A stretch of DNA of 64,000 nt, taken from Psilocybe cubensis. Lineage: Eukaryota. The translations under genes and the position numbers were made by a program. The notes beneath the pieces were generated by a model that saw only the letters and a program-made list of their open reading frames with translations, was not told where the DNA came from and made no database searches. Of the stretch, positions 13,917 through 24,509 are shown one piece after another. Position 1 is the stretch's first letter, and each line of letters starts with the position of its first letter. The stretch covers positions 2,046,001-2,110,000 of the forward strand of contig CM038998.1 of the NCBI GenBank assembly GCA_017499595.2, given 5' to 3'.

Positions 13917-14120
13917 CAGGGTTCCCGGGGAGAGAATGAAGGAGGCAGGAAAGTCGGGGGATGCGGGGAAAAGATGGAAGGAGAGACGAACCACGGCCCA
14001 CGGGACAAGCCTGAGATGATTGATCGCAGCTTTCGCACTAATCACCAATTAATACAAACAAGTCCAATCACGGTTATATTGCCGTCCCGTGCCTTTTATC
14101 CTCCCAACTTATTATCTCTC

Positions 14121-14914
14121 ATGTTTGTCTCTGCCCTTTCGCGTCTCCTCAGGTACCTTTGTTTTCCTTTTTCCTCCCCATTTCCTCACTTTTTTCAGTG
14201 CCTGGTTCGCCTTTCTTCTGCCCTGCTATGCCACCTACAAGGCACTCGCACGCCGTCCATTCTCCGAGTCTGACCTCCAGAAATGGTCTATGTACTGGAC
14301 CGTGATGGGCGCATTCGTCGCCTTTGAATATCTTGGAGAGTGGTTGGTCAGCTGGCAAGTATCCCATTAGTCAAATTCAAATACCCATCTGACTGCCTCC
14401 TAAGGCTGCCCTTCTATTGGGAATTAAAGACCCTTTTCTTGCTTTTCCTCTCTTTGCCGCAAACTCAAGTATATATGTCATTTCTCTTCTCTCACTGCCG
14501 GTCTTTACCGTCTTCTTTTCATCACAGGGCTCAACGTACATCTACAACGCCTACCTGGAGCCTTTTTTCTCACGCAATCAGGCTGATTTGGATGCCGGAA
14601 TTGTCAGAATTCAGAGCAATATTCTGACATTCGTACAGGAGAAGTTGTCAGCGCTGTGGACTTTGGCTACGCGCGGACGTCCTCAGTCTCAGGCACAATC
14701 ACCTTCGGCGTCCCCGAATCCCCAGTTGTCGTGGCTTTTTTCGCCCGATACTTGGCGTGCTGCTCTCAATGTCTTGCAACCAGCGGGTTCCGGCACCGCC
14801 TCTCGCGGTGTTCAACCCATTCACAGTGGTGCCGCATCTTCCAGTACATCCCTAAATTCAGAAGAATCGTCCCAAAAGAATCCTCCGTTCCCGGTGCCTC
14901 AACATTATGAGTAG
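14121..14914 (+). CDS. TB2/DP1/HVA22 (REEP/Yop1) family protein, multi-exon
   Basis: AFLLPCYATYKAL...KWSMYWTVMGAFVAFEY..W/LPFYWELKTLFLLFLSLPQTQ/GSTYIYNAYLEPFF. Confidence 0.88.
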
Positions 14915-14965
14915 TGTACAACATTTACTCTTCCCATCATACGTAAACTATTTAGTATCTATCGG

Positions 14966-17900
14966 TTATGGGCCAAACTTTTGTCTTCGAAATGCAGCTT
15001 CAGCTTCGGCGACGGTATACTCCAATGCCAAACCGCTGTCTCCATACCACTGCGATATTCGTGAACTCCAAGCTTCTGTGAGTCTCACAAATTCCATCTC
15101 GCACGAGTTCCAAACACCTATCAAGACTTTTGAGGGGACCGCCCCACCTTCATCCGCTGATTTGTCCATGTCTGTGAAATGTTTCTCCACTCTCTTCGAC
15201 AAAACGTCAACGTGTTTCTTGATATCCTTTGAGTTGTAGTCCTTGATGATTTTTCGAAGTGTCGCCTTGTTGAAATTGCTGTTGGCAGTTAGCTCTGTGG
15301 GGTTAGTGTCTTTTGCTGCTCGGTCAAACGCGTCGAAAAAGTCCTAGAGGAGACTGTCAAAGATCACAACTTTATGTGAGCATAGGGATTTACCATTAAC
15401 TTGCCGAATGGCCGCCGGAACACTGTTTTGATGTACGCGGAAAGGTTTTCATCGTATATACCCTCTGCTCGTCGAATGAACGTTGTCATAGATGGAACAT
15501 CCAACTGCGACATTTCGTTGATGAAGTAGTGCATATTTTCTGTAAACACATTTTTAGTAGAATAGTAAGTAATCTGGCACAAGTTTAGAACTCACCAATC
15601 AAAATAACATGGTAGTTTAGTTGGCCTTTGTCTTCTCCTTCTCCTTCCAGTTTAGCAATTTGTTTCAAAGAATCGAACATGGACTGAACAATTTTTTCAT
15701 AAGCCGAATCCACGTTAGTGCGGATTTCCAAGTTGTTTGCTCCGACAAGCTGGTTTTCGATTCTGGATGCATATGCAGAAAAGTGTTTGAGGAAGTTGGC
15801 AACACCCTTTCTCTTCTTGCTGGAGAGTTTAGTTCTTTCTACGCCTTTTAATTGTTCAGTCTGAAAAGAAGATTTTAGGGAAAAGAATCATCGCGAAAGA
15901 TTACTGTGCTCACAACATGACGGTCAAAGATAATTTTCAGCCTGGAATGCTGCTTCTCCAAAAGGTTCAGAATAAAGGGGTTTCCTTTTTCTTCAGCCTC
16001 TATGAGGAAGCGTTCAAGAAAAGCGAGGATCCCCACAATCTCCCTGCATGATCAGGAATGAATTAAGGGGGCTACGATAACAAGAGTAATTAAGCACTCA
16101 CATGCTGTCCTTGGCAAGCGCGGCGTCCAGCCATGATTTTAATTCGGCAGGGAGGAATCCGAAGATAAGATCCAGTGCCCCGCGAATAAGCTTTAGAGTA
16201 GTCGCGCTTAGTCCAGCTGACCGCGCCGCTTGTCTGCGGAAATAATTGTCCAGCCCCATGTAATCAGCAAACGTGAAGCCCGAGTCACTAATTTGCAAGA
16301 AATCGGTAATGAAGTCGTTTTCTTGGTAAATCAACATAGCGACTTGTTCAAGAAATAGGCCGAAAACCTGATAAATCATTAGAAACATCGTGAACTTGAA
16401 TTCAATACTGAACACCAACCAACCTCTGATGCGCGCAAATGCCCATCGCTTTGCTTTTCTCGATCTTTCTGGCGACTCTCCATTGGAGAACGTATCAATG
16501 TTCCAGCACGGCGCATTCCTGTTGTTGCTTTCGAGGCAGGGGGTATAGATGCGATGCCAAATGCTAGTGTGGGCGTAGGTTGTCAGACCTTTTGGCCCTG
16601 GTAAAATCGAGATATCACATACCTTGGTCAGTTTCGTCTTCAGCTGCTTTTTTGACAAGGTCGAGATGAGCGGAGAGCAATGCCTTGATCTGAGTGCCAT
16701 GCAGGTCGCTAGCTGCCGAGAAATAAGTCTGAGGAAGGAGATAGGTGAAATTCTCTAACAGAAACTGTAAGAAAAGAATGTACCGCGCATAATTTGCTGT
16801 ATATATTCTCGTCCATTTCCCTGAGGTAAATCATTAACCCTGAATACCTTCCTAGATAAGACTCAAGGTCGCGATGAGGAAGTACGGTGGGCCTTGATTG
16901 AGAGCCGCGTGCAAGGCCTGAAGTGTCACCGAGTAGTAACTTAGACTAAACATGTTCGTTCGTGAGACATGCTTTCTTATAATATTCTTCCTTTCTCACC
17001 TGAGCAATAAACATGATAGACAAAAAGTCGAACATCCTTTTGCAAAACTGGGAATTGTAGGTTCTGTATTCTTGCAATCTTTCCATTGTTGCAGCCATTT
17101 CTGTGCAAGGTATATCAGATTATGTTGCGATACACGTAAAGCACTTTGGATGAACCTGTATCACGTCCTGCTTGTAAAGCCTTGTATAACTGAACGGCAG
17201 CTTCCTCTAAACGTGTTATGCTGTGCGACTTTTCAAGAGATTCTTGGGTCAAAGTGGCTAAAGCCTCTTGGTCAACATGGACGGTGCGCTGATTGTGTGA
17301 TGAATAAGACAGTTTGGAGCTCTAGATCATGAAGTTGGACACACCAATAAGTTCTGTAACTCTGCCAGCAACGCCCGTTGATTCTGTGTTTGTACTTGAA
17401 GTCCACGATTTTGGGATTGTATGTACGAGATATCGTCCCCAACAGCCTGTCCAAGAAAGTCAACCAAATTGAAACACAGAGATGGTTGGGGGTACATTAA
17501 GATGGATCTTGTATGTTGATATAAGGCCATCCATGGCGTCTAACTCGGCGATGGCATCTTCCATGTACTTCATGACCACAGCAACGCGGTCGTCAGACTC
17601 CAAAAATGAATGAATATTCGCCTATCAAAGTTGATGTTAAAGTCATACGAGCATAAGCTTAACAGGCTGACCTTCTCAAGGGCCATTAATTCGTCCAACA
17701 GTCGCGCTTCAATCAAATCCACAGCACCTCTAGTAACTTTCCTGCCAATGATATCATCACTGGTCCATTCGTAGCCCTCGATCATCTCTTCAACATTGGC
17801 AAGTGTCGCTTGAGCATTTTCCTCTTCACCGTCGCCTTCGATTGGTGCATCGGCACTCAAAATCAATCTGTCCAGAGTAGCCTGGTTGGATGGGTCAAAG

Positions 17901-19045
17901 TACGAGATGCGCGCGTTTGGGTCCCTCCTCAATGCATTGTTTTCTGAAGCGTTTGAATTATTTTCTGTCCGCGTTGGAATATTGCGAGATCGAGTAGAAG
18001 GTGCAGGAGATGGATTCTTTGTCCGACTATTACCGTTGCTCATGGGAGCTTCCTGAAGATAACTTGGGGAACGTCATCGATCTGAGCAGTAAAAAATGTA
18101 TCAAATTTACCGCGATGAGCTTTGGTCCTGATTAGAGGGAAGTTGATTACTAGACACTGTTGTTGCATTAGAGGGTATTCGGGACCGCTGAGTCGACAAA
18201 GGCGCTGTGGGGGGTGGAACAACAATGGAAGGGGGTCGATGTTCTCGGAGAGATGATGCTGGCGATGCTGAACGAGGGATTGCCTTCCCATTCGGGGGCA
18301 GAGATTGCTGTATTGGGGATGGAACTCTAAGATCCACAGAGTCGGTTTGTATAACATTTCTGGAGGGTTGCGTGCGAGGAATCCTGCTTGAATTGGAGGG
18401 TGATGGTGTCCTATCATCGATTCTGGGATTTCTGGACACAGAAGGCAGGCTAGCTAAAGAAATGTTGGCAGTTGATGATATACATTGGGAAAAGATGTAC
18501 CTGACGAGACATCAAAGTCCTGAACACCTTCTAACTGTAGGGGGACTTGTCCGTTGGTAATTGTTCGAAAGAGACGAACCAAAGCGTCCAAGAAGTTGGC
18601 TTGGTCTTCTCTGCTTTCGGTTCGCCATTTATAAGTTCTCGAGAGAGTGATATTGAAAACAAAAGGCTAGGAGATATTAGGGAACATCCTGGAACGGACA
18701 GTTAATAAATAAAAACGGCGACTCACACTCAATACTTGGATAGCACGCAGTTCAGCCAAACGCCAGGTTTTGCCGACAGAGAAAGAGCCATTGGTATTCA
18801 GCTTGGATTTATGCAAAAAACCTGATCCATTGCTGGCCTCTAAGGCAGAAATTCATTTCATCCACTGAAGTACGGATACTTTGCAACATACGAGAGAGAA
18901 GAATATATCGGGGCTTCTGGGCACCGCCCTCACTTGCAGCATCTTCCCATATCTTGACATGAGAAACATAGGTCTCCTCGAGATTTCCAGCAGCGTTGCG
19001 CCTGGAGAAAACGGAAGCGATAATTCTCTGACGCTGATCGGCCAT
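14966..19045 (-). CDS. SEC3: Exocyst complex component Sec3, multi-exon
   Basis: N-terminal PIP2-binding PH-like region (ETYVSHVKIWED...KPRYILLS, SIGKTWRLAELRAI), DDISYIQSQNRGLQVQTQNQRALL, and C-terminal NYHVILIENMHYF and KRVEKHF. Confidence 0.92.
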
Positions 19046-19355
19046 AGGAGAGTAGCTGAAGCGAGAACAAGATAATTAACTGGTTGTCAGGAGGCAGGAC
19101 ATGTAGTTGTTCTAAAAGCGGACGAGAACAATACCGGCGGTTGCCGGTGAGGATGGAATTGTGGATTACAAGAATAGTGGAATCAACGATGTGCATCCAC
19201 GGTCTGTGACATATCCTTGTTCCTATATATTGCCGGGACAGATATTAGAACTCAACACCCTCTCAGTTCTCTCATTCCCTTGCTTTTTCTCCTTTCTATG
19301 CGCTAGACGCCTTTTTTCTCTTCTTTTCACTCTTTTACCCCATTTACGATTTATA

Positions 19356-20189
19356 ATGACTACCGCTGCCGTCCCACAAGCTCCAGGGCCCCTCCACTTT
19401 CTCGCCTCTGTCATTACTGATATCAGCGATGACACGTCTCCCAGAGATCAATCATCTTCCCCAGAATCCTCTTCACGACCATCCTCTCCCATATCCACCC
19501 TTTCGTCCTCTTCCACCGCCCCCAGCAACCATGGGTCCAGTCTTCATCCTCCCAGCAAGCTTACCAGGCTTCCAGAGGCCGAACACAGGATCCTCCAGCA
19601 TTCTACCTCCTCAAATCATCTCCCATCGTCAGACCCAAGCTTTGTTCCTTTTATTCGCCATAAATCTGCCAGGAAGGTCCCAAAGGCCGCCGATCCAAAT
19701 CTCAAGGGAAAATTACAGATGAAAAAGAGGCGGAAAGAACTACTGGACAAAGCTATGAAAATCAAGTCTCTCGATAATTCGCCCGTTAACGAACGCCAGC
19801 TATTGGTCCTTCGCATGGTCTACGACGAAATCACAATGTACCCTTGCGAATCTTGGATGGTTCTAATTGCTATAATCATCCACAGGCGAGTCGCTCGACC
19901 ATTCTTGAACCTGCTATATCTAAGTGTCTTAATCATGTCCAGAGCTTACAAGCAAGTTAAAAATTGGTTTTCAAACGAGAGACAGAAAAATAGGACTGGG
20001 GAATCCGTTCCTCTCGAAACAGAGGATGGGGACAAGGTTCGGCTCCGTTCTTCGGCGCTGCTCATGTGTCAAGAATGGTCCGACTCCTTTTTCGAAGAAG
20101 TTGTCATGATATATAACTATCGGGTCCAACGGAATTCCCGATTTCGAGGATCACTTCGACGACCAGATATCATGTCAAATCACGATTAG
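19356..20189 (+). CDS. Homeodomain-containing protein (atypical), one GC-AG intron
   Basis: After removing 19886-19942: NERQLLVLRMVYDEITMYPCESWMVLIAIIIHRAYKQVKNWFSNERQKNR, with a helix-3 WFxN-R signature. Ser-rich N-terminus and a basic NLS-like KKRRK. Confidence 0.75.
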   Translation: MTTAAVPQAPGPLHFLASVITDISDDTSPRDQSSSPESSSRPSSPISTLSSSSTAPSNHGSSLHPPSKLTRLPEAEHRILQHSTSSNHLPSSDPSFVPFIRHKSARKVPKAADPNLKGKLQMKKRRKELLDKAMKIKSLDNSPVNERQLLVLRMVYDEITMYPCESWMVLIAIIIHRRVARPFLNLLYLSVLIMSRAYKQVKNWFSNERQKNRTGESVPLETEDGDKVRLRSSALLMCQEWSDSFFEEVVMIYNYRVQRNSRFRGSLRRPDIMSNHD

Positions 20190-20481
20190 TGGCTATGATC
20201 CCATGGGACTCTTTACCTTCATTTTTGGACAATTCCCACTTATACGCGGACGCTTAATCTTCTCTCACTGGACACGACCATATCGTTGAAACATAGTATA
20301 CTCTACGTCTATTACTAACATTACAACTTACTATAATTGACTTGTACATTTTAATATCTACTTCTTATCAGACACTCGTCCTTTCGTTACAATCGAATTC
20401 ATTCATTTTAGGCCAACGAAATCATTATGAATAGGTTGGGGGTACTAAACTGATAATTAGGTATTGTGTATCGCCAAACTT

Positions 20482-21850
20482 TTATTCTACCAATTTTGCC
20501 TCTCCATTCTGTAAAACATAGTATCGTCTACCCCTCCATATAACTTCGTCGCCAGTCATTGCGATGATCCATATTGGCAAGGCTAGCAGTTCCCTACCAA
20601 TCCACGCCAAAAAGAAAGATATCCATTCGTTTTGTCGAAGACCGTGGCCCGACAGGGAACTATGAACATCCAAATCAATCGATATCCATGCCATGAAGTG
20701 AAAAACGATAAATATCCAAAAAGAAAAGCCATACAACGCGCCAACACTAAGGGCGCCAATCATACCAACTATTATTGATTCTTGGAAAGGTTCTGCAACG
20801 GTTGCCGCCAAAACCATTCGCTTACGGACTCTGATCCATCGAACGCGTCTCCAGACATAGTCCGAAAAAGACATGTTGCCAACAACATTTCGCGCCACGT
20901 CGCACGACAGGTCGTGACGTAAGTCTAGCTCGTGCCAAAGAGCACTGGCAATCATATTGTCCTCTGCCAGAAACCGACCAAAAGCAGGCAGTCCATGTTT
21001 TCCAGAGTTTCGAGTGGTTTGTGATTGAATTGGAGTTAAGGACCCGTCGAGGCGGTTCAAGTCTGAACGTCGGTAAAGGTTGGACTTTCCGACGACACAA
21101 GACTCTATGGCCACTGTGTTGATGGCAATATACATCTTTGCGTGGTTTGTATTTAGAAATGCAGCCTCTAATCTCGAGCCGAATTGCGTTTCATCGATGA
21201 GTGCTAACGGAACATGGTGAACGAGGCCTATCCTCCGTTTTGTACCAGAGGGGGATTTGTTGAGGATGTTGACGCTTCTAGACAACGTACCGGAATCAAC
21301 CATGACTCCGGAGTCGAGAACCCAAACAATATCGTTGGCCGCCATTTTGAAAGAACGAACCAGGTTATTGACTTTTGGATTGACGCCAACAACTTCTTCG
21401 CCTACTAGAATTAGCAGGGAAAGTATTCTTTAACATACACTACTCACCTATGATCACAGAGACTTTGACATTTGGGTATCTGCTCTTCAAGGATTCTACT
21501 ATGCGAAGAGCTTGGTCGTTTTCATCAGCAACTGAGAAGATAATTTCATAGTCGGGGTAATCTTGCTTGAATGTAGATTCAAGATTTTCGTAAAGATTCG
21601 TGTCTAGACCCTTCAATGGCCGAAGTATAGAGACTCCGGGTTTGTGCAATGCCTCTGCACTGTCCAACAGTGAAATTGGTCTAGAACGGTAACGTCGGCG
21701 ACTGGTAGAATTGTCAGTTTGAACAACCAGCAAACTCATTATACATGGAACGTACGCTGAGATGCAGCCAAGTAGGCTGATTGAGTATATGCTCACATAC
21801 CAAACAAGACCCACTACAGCGATGGTGAACGAAAGCGTGTCTGAAGTCAT
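20482..21850 (-). CDS. GCS1: Ceramide glucosyltransferase (GT21, glucosylceramide synthase), 3 exons
   Basis: N-terminal TM, GVSILRPLKGLD, GVNPKVNNL, VWVLDS, CVVGKSNLYR, FLAEDNMI, RRVRWIRVRK. Confidence 0.92.
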
Positions 21851-22419
21851 AAAGCCGCGACTTGGTTTTCAACTGACTAAATGTGTGATCCGTATAACAG
21901 GCCCGTCAAATGTGGTTACTTTGATGGAAAACCAGATGTGCACAACATACGAGATGAAAGCCAAAACTGCTCACAGGCCATTCACGAAGCAGACTGAACC
22001 CAATAACCTTGAAGTAACCTGTCCTAAAAATGAATTACGTCCCAATCACCGTGACTTTCCATGACTGGACCAATCATCAACAAATACGCTCAGGTTAAGT
22101 ATGTGTCATCAGATTAGCTTGAAACATTCCGTAAACGTTAACTTGGACAGCCGTTGTTGGATGCTCGTTGAGCGGTTGGTTTAACATGCGGTACTGGGGA
22201 AAATGATTCCGTTGCGAATTCACAATCCTTTTAGCTAGTTAGATGTTGCATGATTCGAATCAACAGGCTACCGGCAGGATCTTGTGGCCGCCCGACTACC
22301 GGTTTTGGAGTTCATGCCCCATGGCAATACACCGGGGGTACGTTGGCTATGTTGACTTCGAGTCGAATTATTGCCTTTGAACTGTACCGGATTGAAACAT
22401 ACCTATTATCCACGACGCC

Positions 22420-24106
22420 ATGCAACGCGTAAAGCAACTTGCTGCACATTTTACAGGCACAGACTCTGCGTCTGGCTTGCCATTACTTGAAAGTAAACGT
22501 CCTGACGATGTCGTCATCACTTTGGCCATTCGTTCTCCTCTATGTAAAGCGAAAAAAGGGGGCTTCAAGGATACCCGGTATTTAATCAATTCAAACGGAA
22601 TCGTATGCATAGACTAAATGACTACCATTTAGTACTGACGAGCTCATGCTTGAAATGTTCAAGGTGACTGCTACACACATGTATTTACAAGGAAACAGAG
22701 CCCTAACGCATTGAATAGCATGTCGTGTCTCGTTCGGGTGTGGAGCCAGGTGCTATTGGCGATGTCTGCGTGGGGACCGTCTTGACCCCGGATGCGGCAT
22801 ATTATGCTCGAGCAGCCATGCTTGCTGCTGGAATACCCGACACAGTACCAGTGCAAATCGTAAACCGATTCTGTTCGAGTGGTCTAATGGCTGTAACGAC
22901 TGTTGCAAATCAAGTTCGTTCCGGTCAGATCAAGATCGGTCTAGCTATAGGCGTTGAAAGCATGTCAGAAAAGTAAGTTGATTTCTTTGTTAGATATGTG
23001 CAAATATTGATAGCATCTCAAAGCCCAGACAAGGGAGGACCTACTTTCAGTGAATTGATATCGTGCAATGCAGCGTCACAAGATTGTCAAGAACGAATGG
23101 GCTGGACAAGTGAAAACGTCGCTGCTGAGTTCAATATCACCAGGGATGAACAAGATACATTCGCAGCGGAGTCTTTCAAGAAAGCCGAGGAGGCCCAAAA
23201 GCGCGGCTATTTTGCGGAGGAGATCGTCCCATTTACAGTCCTCCGAAAAAATGCTGGCTCTGATACTAGGGTCCCCGTGGTCGTTGAAGAGGATGATGGC
23301 ATACGCGCTGGAACTACCAAAGAGAAACTTTCTAAAATCAAAGCTGCATTCCCACAGTGGGGCAACGGGACGACTACTGGTGGAAATGCTAGTCAAATCA
23401 CAGACGGTGCTGCTGCTATCCTTGTCATGACCAGAGCAGAGGCGGAGAAGCGAGGTTTGCCTATTCTTGCGAAGCATATCACCACCGCTGTAGCAGGTGT
23501 ACCACCTCGAATCATGGGTGTTGGACCTGTATACGCTATTCCTCTAGCTCTCGAGAATGCAGGTTTGCAATTATGCGATGTAGACCTTTTCGAAGTAGGC
23601 AATCTCGCCCATGCGTGGTTAATACAAGGCACGATAACCTGATACCGTGTTCTAGATCAACGAGGCCTTTGCGTCGCAATGCGTGTATTGCGTCAAGAAG
23701 CTAAATATTCCCTTGTGCGTATTCATGTCGATGAAAAATTATGTTTAGATATCTCACATGCTCCACACAGAGAGAAAGTTGGGGACATCATATTGCGATG
23801 ATATCAAAATAACTGACACTGAACTAGGTCAACGTGAATGGAGGGGCAATAGCATTTGGCCACCCGTTAGATAAGTGCGCTGGATCCCTGTTGATGAATA
23901 TACTAACCATTTGTGACAATATCTACGTTGCACTGGAGCACGACAGATCGTAACAGGGCTCAACGAGCTACGTCGCCGAGAAGGAAAGGTAAGGACGGAT
24001 ATAACCATACGCCGACACTGGATTGAAAAAATGTTCATAGATCCTGCTGACGTCAATGTGCATTGGCACAGGGATGGGGGCGGCTGGGATATTCCTTCGG
24101 GAATAA
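22420..24106 (+). CDS. POT1: Peroxisomal 3-ketoacyl-CoA thiolase, multi-exon
   Basis: PTS2-like RVKQLAAHF, NRFCSSGL (catalytic Cys), GNASQITDGAAA, EINEAFA, NGGAIAFGHPLGCTG (spans an AT-AC intron) and SMCIGTGMG. Confidence 0.92.
23871..23926 (+). other. Non-canonical AT-AC intron (56 nt) in the thiolase gene
   Basis: Begins ATAAGT, has a perfect TACTAAC at 23901-23907 and ends ATCTAC. Removal gives GGC CAC CCG TTA G|GT TGC ACT GGA = GHPLGCTG. Confidence 0.8.
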
Positions 24107-24509
24107 TATCAATAAATGTGCGTGGACTGCAATGGCAGTGGGCCTAGAGGATCAAGGTTGGGCCAGGCCGAGCGAAGATGGATTTACTGGCACTCATGTT
24201 TTGCTGTTGATTACACGAACCGAAGTTATAATAGGCTAGAAGTTCATTTTAAGAAGGCTGCGGTGGTGCATGTCTGGGTCGTCAAGCCCATATCTGTCCA
24301 ACAGTCATACTTTACTTAGTACACGTGACGGCGATGCCAGCGGCCATCTCACGCCACAGCCCATTTCCCAGGGGTTGCCTTGTACAACCTGCTTCGACTT
24401 CCTTTTCATCCATCTACTTTTCAGACCATCCTTTTTCCTACTGTTTCTTTTTCTCCCCCCCCGTCACTCGTTATATTCTTGGGAGCCTTTTCCCTCATAA
24501 TTTTGCCTA

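Noticed and set aside
19356-20189. Mating-type A (HD) locus
   Set aside because: There is a single short HD gene with no divergent HD1/HD2 partner, and no MIP1 or beta-fg in the window.
22070-22419. Possible structured ncRNA in the GCS1-thiolase intergenic region (short hairpins such as GACT-TCG-AGTC)
   Set aside because: Only 4-5 bp stems are visible, and I cannot recognise tRNA, snRNA or snoRNA box architecture. An Infernal/Rfam scan would be needed.
23871-23926. U12-type (minor spliceosome) intron
   Set aside because: It lacks the ATATCC 5' site and TCCTTAAC branch. The signals are U2-like, so it is reported as a U2-type AT-AC intron instead.
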